The notes under the pieces are model-generated. The model ran no database searches, had not been told where the DNA came from, and saw only the letters and a list, made by a program, of their open reading frames with translations. A stretch of DNA of 64,000 nucleotides from IMG/VR virus record IMGVR_UViG_3300009159_000033. One strand, given 5' to 3'. Made by a program: the position numbers and the translations under genes. Source of the DNA: a virus. Below, piece after piece: positions 26,530-36,006 of the stretch. Position 1 is the stretch's first letter, and every line of letters begins with the position of its first letter.

Positions 26530-28158
26530 ATGAAATATTTATCAGTGTGTTCAGGGATAGAAGCCGCAACCGCAGCTTGGCACCATCTTGGTTGGAAGCC
26601 TGTTGCCTTCTCAGAAATTGATAAATTCCCTTCTGCAGTCCTCCACCATCATTACCCTAAAGTCCCTAACCTTGGGGATATGACTAAGTACATGGAATGG
26701 AAAAATGAAAAAATCGATCTTCTCGTCGGCGGCACTCCCTGTCAAAGCTTCTCCATCGCCGGCCTTAGAAAAGGTCTCGAAGATCCCCGAGGTAACCTTA
26801 TGCTTACCTATCTTGCAATCGCTGCGCGTTACCAACCTAGGTGGATGGTCTGGGAAAACGTCCCCGGTGTTCTGTCCTCCAACGGAGGAAGGGATTTTGG
26901 AACCTTCCTCGGGGCGTTGGGAAACTTGGGGTATGGGTTCGCATTTAGGGTCATGGACGCTCAGTGGTTCGGAGTGGCCCAGAGAAGGCGACGTGTGTTC
27001 GTTGTCGGATGTCTTGGAGACGCAGGGAGTGCAGCAAAAGTTCTATTTGAGTCCGAGAGCTTGTCAAGGCATCCTGCGCCGAGCAGAGAAACGGGGAAAA
27101 GAGTTGCCGCCACTCTTACGGGCGGCTTTGGAGAACGCGGCGTTGATTCCGACCAAATAGCTAATGGCAACTATGCAGTTGCGGCTTGCCTCAGAAGTGG
27201 TGGCAATGGCGGGGTGCCAAGCTCCAGAGGCGAGCATTTAGTTGTCGGCAGTCTCGACACCGAATGCGGTGGCGGGAAGTTGACGCACCAAACAATAGCC
27301 AATGGTCATATCATCGGTGAATGGCAAAGCCCAAATGGTAAAGACATCGTAGGGGCTATGCGGGCTAGAGACTACAAAGGAATTGGTAATGATGACCTTA
27401 CCGAAGGTCGTGGGCTAGCAGTAGCCTATGCCTTCGAGCCGGGCATTGCAGCTCGAGAAGGTAATCCTAGTCGATTCACAGAGGAAGTAGCGGGCACATT
27501 AAGACGCAACATGGGAGATAACCAGACTGCAGTAGCCATCGGTACTGACTGCTACAATGGTGCAGTAACTGGAGATGTCTCCGCAACCGTAACCTCAAGT
27601 ACAGGCAGCAGTGCGACCCATTCTGGTCCCACTGTGATGCAACCTGTGCTTGGTACTGACTGCTACAATGGTGCGATCACTGGAGATGTTGCTGCCACGA
27701 TGGGTACATCAGGCAGCAGCGTAAATGCCAGCGGTCCGACTGTTATGCACGCATTCAGAATGCAAGCCTTCGGTGAATACGCAGACGACCAGACAGCCTC
27801 AGCCATGAAGGCTAGAGATTACAAGGACGCAACCGACCTAGTGTCTGTAACAACTATGAAAGCAGTTGGCACAGATATGTTTAATGGTGCGATAACTGGC
27901 GATGTTGCAGTGCCCATGACCAACAGAGCAGACGGAACAGGTACCGGCCCCACTGTCATGCAAGCCATGGCAGTGCGAAGATTAACCCCCATCGAGTGTG
28001 AAAGATTGCAAGGATTCCCTGACAATTACACTCAGATTCCCTGGAGTAAAAAGCCAGCGGATCAGTGCCCAGATGGAGTTCGTTACAAAGCATTAGGTAA
28101 CAGCATGGCTGTACCCGTAATGCGTTGGATTGGCGAACGAATCAACAAGTTCAAATAA
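26530..28158 (+). CDS. DNA (cytosine-5) methyltransferase
   Basis: Motif I YLSVCSGIEA, IV GGTPCQSFS, VI WENVPGV, VIII QRRRRVF, C-terminal RRLTPIECERLQGFPD and RYKALGNSM. Confidence 0.95.
   Translation: MKYLSVCSGIEAATAAWHHLGWKPVAFSEIDKFPSAVLHHHYPKVPNLGDMTKYMEWKNEKIDLLVGGTPCQSFSIAGLRKGLEDPRGNLMLTYLAIAARYQPRWMVWENVPGVLSSNGGRDFGTFLGALGNLGYGFAFRVMDAQWFGVAQRRRRVFVVGCLGDAGSAAKVLFESESLSRHPAPSRETGKRVAATLTGGFGERGVDSDQIANGNYAVAACLRSGGNGGVPSSRGEHLVVGSLDTECGGGKLTHQTIANGHIIGEWQSPNGKDIVGAMRARDYKGIGNDDLTEGRGLAVAYAFEPGIAAREGNPSRFTEEVAGTLRRNMGDNQTAVAIGTDCYNGAVTGDVSATVTSSTGSSATHSGPTVMQPVLGTDCYNGAITGDVAATMGTSGSSVNASGPTVMHAFRMQAFGEYADDQTASAMKARDYKDATDLVSVTTMKAVGTDMFNGAITGDVAVPMTNRADGTGTGPTVMQAMAVRRLTPIECERLQGFPDNYTQIPWSKKPADQCPDGVRYKALGNSMAVPVMRWIGERINKFK
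26705..27160 (+). CDS. nested alternative-frame ORF resembling the beta polypeptide of split C5 methyltransferases (M.EcoHK31I type)
   Basis: 151 aa ORF inside the MTase in another frame, ending SLSDVLET...FYLSPRACQGILRRAEKRGKELPPLL. Confidence 0.6.
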   Translation: MKKSIFSSAALPVKASPSPALEKVSKIPEVTLCLPILQSLRVTNLGGWSGKTSPVFCPPTEEGILEPSSGRWETWGMGSHLGSWTLSGSEWPREGDVCSLSDVLETQGVQQKFYLSPRACQGILRRAEKRGKELPPLLRAALENAALIPTK

Positions 28159-28229
28159 CCTCACCATTACAAATACGCTTTGACACAATTACATTGTGTG
28201 TGTATTTGCACACCTACAAGGAAGTTCCA

Positions 28230-28391
28230 ATGGTAAAGACAAGCTTAATGTTATTAGTAACCGCAGTGTTGTTGAGCAACATAGGTTGTACCCGCACGAT
28301 GGAGTACACAACGAGTACCGAAGTGTATCCAAACAACCCGAATGTGGTACAGCGTATCAATGTTAGCACCACATTTAGATCACAATGGTAA
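28230..28391 (+). CDS. small putative lipoprotein
   Basis: MVKTSLMLLVTAVLLSNIG-C lipobox-like; RBS aagga. Confidence 0.55.
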   Translation: MVKTSLMLLVTAVLLSNIGCTRTMEYTTSTEVYPNNPNVVQRINVSTTFRSQW

Positions 28392-28401
28392 AGAGAGAAA
28401 A

Positions 28402-28737
28402 ATGAAGAAAGCAAAGTTAGTGCTTGTAATAGAACCGAAAGAAGCATGGGTAATAATCAGCGAGGAGCTAAATGGAGCCATTGTTCCAGCATGGTGGGAC
28501 ACTGATGAAAAGAACTTCAGCACTCCTGTAACCTATGCAACCCAGCGAGAGGCTTATCTCGAAGTAGTAGATCTATTAAAGCATAGGATCGAGACCTTTC
28601 TCGAAGATAAGACCATGGATTGCCCCCACCTCGATGAAGACATGGTTGTTCCATGTTCCATCACAAATGGAATTATCACCACAGAGTACGGTGAACTGTT
28701 CAGCCCCTTTAGACCTCAATCTGATTATGGGAGATAA
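28402..28737 (+). CDS. hypothetical protein
   Basis: ATG 28402 inside ORF 28342..28737. Confidence 0.55.
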   Translation: MKKAKLVLVIEPKEAWVIISEELNGAIVPAWWDTDEKNFSTPVTYATQREAYLEVVDLLKHRIETFLEDKTMDCPHLDEDMVVPCSITNGIITTEYGELFSPFRPQSDYGR

Positions 28738-29100
28738 ATGACACCTTACCACCACGCAGTAAGCAGTGCCCTAAAGTTCGGAGGGTTTCCCGATGATTAC
28801 ATGGAAATCCATAATTGGTTTGATGAGACCAAAGCTTTCACAGGCAACTGGACTCATAGGGCATTGCGCCACCATTCCGCTGGCGTGGAATGGGCGGTGC
28901 AAAAGTTTGGTAACACGCTGCGCAACAGTGAAGAAAAGAAAGTGCCAGTAAAGTTCATTGCGGAGCAGCATGTAGAAGAAGATTGTGGTTTCATCCCTAC
29001 AGTACAAGACTGGCTTCAACCAGTCTTAGAAAGCCCTAAGAAGTGGATGCTTAGGGTGGCTAAGAAAAGTGTTGAAAGTAATTTAGAAATTAGTGAATAA
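28738..29100 (+). CDS. DUF6915-like phage protein
   Basis: PYHHAVSS...IHNWFDETK...HRALRHHSAG...IAEQHVEEDCGFIPTVQDWL. Confidence 0.7.
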   Translation: MTPYHHAVSSALKFGGFPDDYMEIHNWFDETKAFTGNWTHRALRHHSAGVEWAVQKFGNTLRNSEEKKVPVKFIAEQHVEEDCGFIPTVQDWLQPVLESPKKWMLRVAKKSVESNLEISE

Positions 29101-29109
29101 GGAGAAACT

Positions 29110-29520
29110 ATGTCAGATTTGAGTCCTATCCCATTGCCAAAGAAGATTTACGATGAAGCAAAAGAGTTAGGTGTAAGTTCTATAGAACTTGAATTTCGTG
29201 GAGGGAATGACGAAGGTCATCTACATGTAGGTTTTGTAGAACATAAAACAGACGATCTAGTAAAGATTGTGAAAAGAAAAAATAGAATAAACGAGCTAGC
29301 CATGGAGATAGAAGAATGGGCATTTGATGCCTATTCGTACAGCGGTGCCGGTGACGGAAACGATTATGGTGACGATGTCACCTATAACCTAGACACGATG
29401 AAAGCTTCTGTTTCATCGTGGTATATGGAACGAGTAGACCTTGAGCCAGATGAAGAAGTCTCTATCGAAATAGAGACTGAGAACGAAAACGAAAATGAGG
29501 AGGTAGAAGACGATGAGTGA
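29110..29520 (+). CDS. DUF6878-like phage protein
   Basis: IELEFRGGNDEG...YSGAGDG; acidic; adjacent to the DUF6915-like gene. Confidence 0.45.
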   Translation: MSDLSPIPLPKKIYDEAKELGVSSIELEFRGGNDEGHLHVGFVEHKTDDLVKIVKRKNRINELAMEIEEWAFDAYSYSGAGDGNDYGDDVTYNLDTMKASVSSWYMERVDLEPDEEVSIEIETENENENEEVEDDE

Positions 29521-29821
29521 TAATAGCAAACCAGTTTATGACAATCCAAACCTTTTACAAAGGTGGGAAAGACAACATATTAGGACATGTGTTAGGTTTT
29601 ACACTGATAGCATGAGGGCTTTTCTCGAAAGCCAAGTAGCTACAAAAGGCAATCAGGATATTTGGATCCAACGCAACGACGCAAGGCAAGAACATATAAT
29701 GGAGAAGCTTCTACAGTTTCAAGATCAACATGAGCCAGAAGATGATGATGAAGAAGAAGAAACTTACGAAGAACAGCTTGCAGAAATAACCACTTTCACA
29801 AAGGTGGATAACAATGAGTAG
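29513..29821 (+). CDS. hypothetical protein
   Basis: Coupled ORF, RBS gaggagg. Confidence 0.55.
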   Translation: MSDNSKPVYDNPNLLQRWERQHIRTCVRFYTDSMRAFLESQVATKGNQDIWIQRNDARQEHIMEKLLQFQDQHEPEDDDEEEETYEEQLAEITTFTKVDNNE

Positions 29822-30005
29822 CATATCGTACGATGTGTATATCGATTCTGGAATCAACCTTAAACTTCCTTCTGGAACAGATCCAGATACACCAGAAGGC
29901 AGTAAAGTTTTAAGTGAATTAGCAACTCAAATATTTATTGACATGCTATTAAAAAAGCAAATTGATTTTACACATGAACCTTTAGATGGAGATAACAATG
30001 AGTGA
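29814..30005 (+). CDS. hypothetical protein
   Basis: Coupled ORF. Confidence 0.5.
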   Translation: MSSISYDVYIDSGINLKLPSGTDPDTPEGSKVLSELATQIFIDMLLKKQIDFTHEPLDGDNNE

Positions 30006-30702
30006 TTTAAAGAGCCCAGTAGAATTAAACACCTATGGCCAAGACTGCTTGGAAATACTAAACACTAAGGTCAATAGGTATCTGCATGGACTCGCAGAGC
30101 ATTGGAAAGGTAAAGCCTACTTTACGCAGCATGGGGAAACCCGACTTGGTTCTATTGCAGGGTATATCCTTGCAATGTACCATGCGGGGAAAACCGACAC
30201 TGCCGAGAAGTTAGCAGAAAGTTTCTTTACCAAGATGGCACACCTAACTCACAGCAGCACTGCCCAATATGCAGAGCTGCCCGATCCATCTTGGATAGAG
30301 CTACAAGTTCTGTTTGGTCCGGAAGACAAAGATCCGGTCACCATTGGTGTACCTAAGCAGAAAATTATCTTGCATGACGATGGCTGTCTGCACAGCTTTA
30401 GTTTCTCCGCTTACTTCCCGCTTAGATCAGAAATGTATTGGGATTGCTTTAACAAGCATGCCCAAGCAGGAGTTAGCAACCCGCATCAAAAAGTGGTGGA
30501 AGAGCTCAAGATAACGGAGCGAGTGCATCTAAACGAAGGGTACTCTCAGCAACTGACCGAGTATGCGTTTAAAAATGCGTATAGATATAGTCAGTACTAT
30601 ACCTACGGGTATAATGGCGGGCTCATCTATCATGGACCAGGCTCGGGAGAAACCTTTAGCGTGACTCTTGAGACCAACGCACTTTGGAGCATTCATACCT
30701 AG
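29998..30702 (+). CDS. hypothetical protein
   Basis: ATG 29998 after ggag; ends YNGGLIYHG...WSIHT. Confidence 0.65.
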   Translation: MSDLKSPVELNTYGQDCLEILNTKVNRYLHGLAEHWKGKAYFTQHGETRLGSIAGYILAMYHAGKTDTAEKLAESFFTKMAHLTHSSTAQYAELPDPSWIELQVLFGPEDKDPVTIGVPKQKIILHDDGCLHSFSFSAYFPLRSEMYWDCFNKHAQAGVSNPHQKVVEELKITERVHLNEGYSQQLTEYAFKNAYRYSQYYTYGYNGGLIYHGPGSGETFSVTLETNALWSIHT

Positions 30703-30712
30703 GAGGAGTGTT

Positions 30713-31309
30713 ATGAAGAATCAAGGATACGAAGCGTGGACTTCCAGACTCAAATTCTTCAATGGAGAGTTTGGGTTCGGACCACTTAAACGAATCTTAA
30801 ATGAAGATGGTAGGCTCCATTGTGATAATGGGCCAGCCTACATTAGTCCAACGAGGATAATGTGGTACAAGAATGGTCAACAGCATGGGATGGATGCCGA
30901 CAAGTTCGGCAGCATCCTGTATTACTATGAAGGGGTGCGTATTCCTCCGCATTTCTTTACCAAGCCGGAAACGGTTTTGTTAGAAGAGGTGTTGCGAAAT
31001 CCAAACACTGAGGTAAGATATGTAGGCATGAAGGTCATAGGTCTAGAAAAGATTATGGCCCTGCCTACTACTAAAATTATCCACAAGGATGTGGATCAGT
31101 TTGGAAGAGAAAGGATTCTGTTTGAGATCCCAAGGGTCTTCACAGAGCCTACCTTGTATGTCAAGGTAGTCAACTCTACTGCAGAGCCCGATGGTACATT
31201 TAAGAATTACTTCTTATGCGTACCTCCCACGATGAAAACTTGCCTTGAGGCAGTTGCGTGGACCAATTACATGAAGGCTGACAAGTATCAGCCTTCGCAA
31301 GAATCTTAA
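30713..31309 (+). CDS. DUF6745-like phage protein
   Basis: RLHCDNGPA, NTEVRYVGM, VKVVNSTAEPDGTFKNYFLCVPP...EAVAW. Confidence 0.7.
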   Translation: MKNQGYEAWTSRLKFFNGEFGFGPLKRILNEDGRLHCDNGPAYISPTRIMWYKNGQQHGMDADKFGSILYYYEGVRIPPHFFTKPETVLLEEVLRNPNTEVRYVGMKVIGLEKIMALPTTKIIHKDVDQFGRERILFEIPRVFTEPTLYVKVVNSTAEPDGTFKNYFLCVPPTMKTCLEAVAWTNYMKADKYQPSQES

Positions 31310-31330
31310 CTTTTACGAAGGAGCATTAGT

Positions 31331-31657
31331 ATGAAGAATTTTCAAAGTCGTCAAGGTGATATCTTTTTCAAGACTGTGGCTAAGCCCAAGGACTTGAAGG
31401 AGATGAAGAAGCATGAATCTAGAATTCTTGCATTCGGAGAAGTGACTGGTCACAGTCATGCCATCAAAGCAGGGCCCGAAGTCGAAAGCTATGTAAATGT
31501 AAAAGGAGATATCTATCTCTTTTCCAAAGAAGAAACCATCGTAGGACATGATGAGCATTCGGATATCCGTTTGCCCGCCAACAGCTGGGTATGTGTCACC
31601 AGACAGCGTGAGTATGACCCCTTATCTGCAGAGCGTGAACGTAAAGTAGCAGACTAA
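31331..31657 (+). CDS. conserved phage protein usually paired with DUF6745
   Basis: RQGDI...LAFGEVTGHSH...HDEH..I.LP...RQREY. Confidence 0.7.
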   Translation: MKNFQSRQGDIFFKTVAKPKDLKEMKKHESRILAFGEVTGHSHAIKAGPEVESYVNVKGDIYLFSKEETIVGHDEHSDIRLPANSWVCVTRQREYDPLSAERERKVAD

Positions 31658-31690
31658 TCGGTGTCGTTGTTAATATTATTTAGTTTACCC

Positions 31691-31718
31691 AAGGGAGCAG
31701 AGTGTCTGCTCCCTTTTT
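31691..31718 (+). terminator. intrinsic terminator
   Basis: aagggagcaga-gtg-tctgctcccttttt. Confidence 0.7.
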
Positions 31719-31753
31719 CGTTGGAATCAATCTTATCTTAAGGAATTAGTATT

Positions 31754-32071
31754 ATGGCAAAAGTAAAGAACAAAGTGGCTTTGGTTAACATCGATGGCAC
31801 CCTTGCTGGCAACATGGCTAGTATTGCACAACAGTTTCTGGGTCAACCTGTTGCGGTGCTTTGTGCCCGCTACAACTATCGTGGAATCCTCAGCCATGTG
31901 GCTGATGACTGCCTAGTGTTGGCCCAAGCTAGGGCAGTAGAGACATCGGGTGCTTCTTCCCAAGAGCAACCTAACACAGAGGATCCAATCGGTTCTTCTG
32001 TTGTGATCTCCTTAGGTGCTATAGAGATCATCTATCAGCCACGCTGGTGCTTCGCTCCCTTGGATGCATAA
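31754..32071 (+). CDS. Sm/Hfq-like fold protein (putative), first gene of the microprotein array operon
   Basis: QFLGQPVAVLC..YNYRGILSHVADDCLVLAQA...VVISLGAIEII matches the Sm1/Sm2 beta-strand pattern. Confidence 0.55.
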   Translation: MAKVKNKVALVNIDGTLAGNMASIAQQFLGQPVAVLCARYNYRGILSHVADDCLVLAQARAVETSGASSQEQPNTEDPIGSSVVISLGAIEIIYQPRWCFAPLDA

Positions 32072-32083
32072 CAAGGGGTGCAT

Positions 32084-35000
32084 ATGAGAATAATAAGATC
32101 TATTCCGCCGTGGTCCAGAGCACAGCTCTGGACCAATGGTTGGACTTGTAGCACTTTTAGAACAGTCTACTGCGTGTATTCATGTAATAGAACAGTGATA
32201 CAGCCTTGGTCAGTTAACTGGTCACATAGTGAAGTTATTTCCACTACAGCATGGAGGGAATACCGATGATAAGAAGAAGTATAGATTTTGCGGGGTCTGA
32301 GTCTTGGGCCGAGAATTTTAATACATCTATTTGGATGCCATTTGCACCTCAATATGTGGCTGTGGCTTGGTCTCAAAATTATGCTAAATCTTGGTCTGGG
32401 ATTGGGTCTTGGGCTAGGTCTGGTGCTTGGGTTAAAAATAGAATTGAATCTTGGCATTGGAGGGATAACTTATGATAAGAAAAACAATATATTCTCAAAC
32501 TTATTCTTGGGCTTTGTCTTACCCTACAGCTTGTCACTGGATGTTTACTTTTAAAAGCTGGTCTAGGTCTTGGATATGGAAAAAGCATTGTCCTAAGTCT
32601 AAATCTTGGAGAAATAACTTATGATAAGAAAAATATCATATAGAGGGTCATACTCTTGGAGAGGTGCTATGGATAAGCCTTGGGGCGAAACTGAATCTGC
32701 AGCTTGGTCAGATTCTAGGTACAGATTTGGAAATTGGAGTTTAACTAGGGCTTGGGCAAAGTCTTGGTCTTCTTTTTCTTCTTGGGGTTGGGTTTGGTCG
32801 GCGACAGCTGTTATGTCTTCACCTACATCCGAGTCATGGGGAGAAGACACATGATAAGAAAAGTATTGGCAAATTCTCAAACTGAAGCTTGGTCCATAGG
32901 TCTTTCTTGGTGCCATCATCACTCTTGGGCTGCGCCTTGGAGTTGGAACTGGCATTTAAGTCAAACTTACACTAAGTGCTGGCCTCAAGCTAGACTGCGT
33001 TCTAAATTCGTAGTCGATTCCACCCCTAGATCTTGGAAGCACCACATATGATAAAACGAACAATGAGAGAACCTGAAAAACTATCTCGTAACTGGGCTGG
33101 GTCTGTGTACTGGTCTGCGTCTTTGTTATCCGGTTCTGGATCTCTAGGCTGGCCCGGACGCTGGCATTACAGCTATGCGTGGAAATCTAGAAACTGGACC
33201 CTAGCTATTCTGCGAATAGGATGGAGATAACATGATAAGAAAAACATTAATAACTCCTAGATCAAGAGATTGGTCAGACTTGTTTTTATGGGGAACTTGC
33301 TTTACACGGAACTGGCACAGAGCCACCGCTACGCCTTCCGGAAAAGCTTGGTCCTACTTGTGGGTCTTTCCAAAACTCAGATCTAATTCTTGGAGTTCTT
33401 TCCGATGATAAGAAGAAAAGCTTTTGGCCAATCTTTCTCTTGGTCTTTAGATACGAACATGTCTTGGTGTTTGGCTAAATATAGACCTTGGCCTACATGG
33501 GCTCATCTTTGGACAGAAGAATGGCGTATTGGCGGGTCTTGGGCTGAGGACAATATAGAATCTTCCTCTTGGAAAGGAGATATATGATAAGAAAGCTAGC
33601 ACGGCCTAGAACTATAGCTTGGGCGGGATTTACGTGCAAGTCTGGGTGTTCTGAGAATTGGAGTTGGGTGTGCGAGGTTTGGCGTAGGTCCGACAATTAC
33701 TCTGTATGTTGGACTAAGTTTGGGTGTTGTTCTTGGGTATGGAGGAATAACACATGATAAGAAAAATGCGACCTGATTCTGGGGCTATGTCCCTTTCTTG
33801 GCATTGCTCTGCGTTTAGGTCTAAGTCTTGGGCTGAGTCTTGGCCCGGGATTAGGTCTTGGTCTTCGTTTATGATTTGGTCCTGGTCTTGGCACTGGGCT
33901 AGCTCTAGATCTTGGAAAGGACATATATGATAAGAAAAATATGGTCTGGGTCTGGGTCTGAGTCTGGGTCTTGGTCTGAGTCTGGGGCTGAGTCTGGGTC
34001 TTGGCCTAGGTCTGGGTCTTGGTCTTGGCCTTGGTCTGTGCCTTGGTTTTGGTCTGGGTCTTGGTCTAAATCTTGGAAAGGGCGTATATGATAAGAAAAA
34101 CTTTAGCTATGGGAGGTTGTGCTTGGTCTACATCTCAACCTTCCGCTAGTGTTGACAATACAGACTTCGATATGCGAGAGCGTAGTGTTATTAATTTTTG
34201 TTGGACTAGGCTTCGTTGGAAATCTGTTAGCGGTCAAGATGGTGAAATTACTTCTTATTCTTGGAGCACCAGCACATGATAAGAAAAACAAAATGTTTTG
34301 CTGCTACGACTTTTTCTCGGGATTGTGCTAGATCTTGGGATTGGACAGAAGAATGGCGTGAGTCTTGGTCTTGGTCTATGTCTAATTATGATTCTGGGTC
34401 TTGGACTAATACTTGGGTAAAGGCTAGGTGCTGGGGAAGGAATTCTCAATGATAAGAAAAACAAATGCAGTAATCATCTCTGATGTTTGGAATTGCCAAC
34501 AGAAATGTTCGTGGTTTAATCAATGGGATCATTACGATTTAAAATCAGGTAACTGGTTTCGTGAGCGCACCCATAGCGATTTTGGTAGTTCCATATGGTA
34601 CAACCGTTCCCACTCTTGGAGAACAAATCAATGAGAACGATAATATCGTCAACACGGTCTAAAAATTGGACGATAGAAATGAAAAGGTCTACAACATCAA
34701 CTAACCCTTGGTCGCTTTCTCTGCACAGTTGTGCTGCTTGCTGGTCTTTGTGTCGTCTATTCTCTGAAGCTATTTGGGTTCGATCAAAGAGTTGGAGAAC
34801 AGACGCATGATAAGAAAGGTAGCCAGAATACATGCTAAGACCGGATCTTGGGACAACAGTTATGTCTGGTCTTCGTGGGGTGGCACACTTGTTAAAGGGC
34901 CAGGTGTTCCATTCTTTGGAGGCTGGGGTTCTGGCCCTGCATTTTCTAAAGTCTGGGCGCATCGTCACCTATGGTCTGACTATGGGGTTGCACTCTGGCC

Positions 35001-35395
35001 GTCACCTAGAAGGAGGAGGTAATGATAAGAAGAACTAACTCATTTCCAGGAGCTCAATCTAAGTCTTTTACAGAAGCTATAGTTTGGAGTTACTCTTATC
35101 CAAGAAATCATTCTTGGTCTGCAAGTTGGAGAGTTCTTGTAGCCACAAGTAGATCAGAATCTTGGTCTCTTGACTGGACTACTTATTGGAAAGGAATGTT
35201 CCAATGATAAGAAGAATACGATCTGCAAATTGTTCATGGGATACTAAACTCCCTTCTAAAGGTTGGCATAGAAATAGGATTTGGTCGTTGAGTAATCTCA
35301 ATGCAATGTCAAAATCCAGATTTGTAAACAATGCGTATTCAGGTGTATGGGCTATTAATAGCTCTGCAACTGAAAATTGGTCACAACAATTCTAA
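32084..35395 (+). repeat. tandem array of 18 Trp/Ser-rich microprotein ORFs (50-77 aa) with conserved junctions
   Basis: Units: 32084-32269, 32266-32475, 32472-32624, 32621-32854, 32851-33051, 33048-33230, 33232-33408, 33405-33587, 33584-33757, 33754-33930, 33927-34091, 34088-34279, 34276-34452, 34449-34634, 34631-34810, 34807-35022, 35022-35207, 35204-35395. 15 of 18 start ATGATAAGAA (MIRK/MIRR) and 15 of 17 junctions are ATGA overlaps. Every unit is open from start to stop. Confidence 0.9.
33927..34091 (+). CDS. array unit 11, low-complexity (Ser-X)n peptide
   Basis: MIRKIWSGSGSESGSWSESGAESGSWPRSGSWSWPWSVPWFWSGSWSKSWKGRI; near-pure TCTGGG/TCTTGG hexamer repeats; missing from the ORF track (<60 aa). 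Confidence 0.8.
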   Translation: MIRKIWSGSGSESGSWSESGAESGSWPRSGSWSWPWSVPWFWSGSWSKSWKGRI

Positions 35396-35413
35396 CAAAG
35401 AAATGAGATTCTA

Positions 35414-35707
35414 ATGGAAACTAAATCGTTCAGTCATATACCTTTCTTCACCAAACCCGAACTACTAAAAGCCAACTTGTTGGCAATCAATAGAGGTTAC
35501 AACCGCACTCTTAGCCCAGAGCTGCTAGCAGAACTGCCAGAAGACTTCATATTCCCAGTAAGCTTCAGCATGATTCATGAACATGCTGCAGGCAACTCAG
35601 TAGATCCGCACATGCGTTGCATCATAATCACAGGGCACAACTGTAAAGGAGTATTCTTAGATTGCGATATGAACATCTTTAAACAAATTAAAGAAAGAAA
35701 GGACTAA
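35414..35707 (+). CDS. hypothetical protein
   Basis: 97 aa ORF after the array. Confidence 0.6.
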   Translation: METKSFSHIPFFTKPELLKANLLAINRGYNRTLSPELLAELPEDFIFPVSFSMIHEHAAGNSVDPHMRCIIITGHNCKGVFLDCDMNIFKQIKERKD

Positions 35708-35709
35708 AG

Positions 35710-35991
35710 ATGAGACTAACGATTGCTGTTACGGCCTATGGTAACATTGACCACGGGCAAAACCCAGAGAAACCCATTTGCGGTGCATGGCTTAAAGCCG
35801 ACACCATTGAAGAAATGAGAGCAAAAGTTCGAAAATGGCAATATGATGAAAATGTGGGGGCGGGCAACTGGGCACCTGCCCCCCTTTGGTTAGGTGACAA
35901 GCGTGTAGGATATATGTCCTACAATGGAAAAGTTTGGAAAAATAAATTAAGCAAGTCAAAAGTCATCGAAGTACCTGACTGGAAACTCTAA
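35710..35991 (+). CDS. hypothetical protein
   Basis: GNIDHGQNP...VGAGNW...GYMSYNGKVW. Confidence 0.65.
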   Translation: MRLTIAVTAYGNIDHGQNPEKPICGAWLKADTIEEMRAKVRKWQYDENVGAGNWAPAPLWLGDKRVGYMSYNGKVWKNKLSKSKVIEVPDWKL

Positions 35992-36006
35992 CAAAAGGAG
36001 CATAAA

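Noticed and set aside
33927-34091. Darobactin-like cores (WSKSW, WNW) suggesting RiPP precursors
   Set aside because: Such motifs arise by chance in SW repeats, and no radical SAM or other maturase is in the window. Kept only as a minor hypothesis.
32167-34968. Minus-strand and off-frame ORFs over the array (PRPRP- or LGLGL-rich)
   Set aside because: They are shadows of the TCTTGG/TCTGGG repeats and lack RBS or coupling.
32084-35395. CRISPR array interpretation of the repeated junctions
   Set aside because: Variable parts are 120-200 nt and all coding, junction repeats are degenerate and non-palindromic, and no cas1/cas2 is present.
32084-35395. Diversity-generating retroelement as the source of array variation
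   Set aside because: No reverse transcriptase in the window, no near-identical TR/VR pair, and differences from unit 11 are not confined to adenines.
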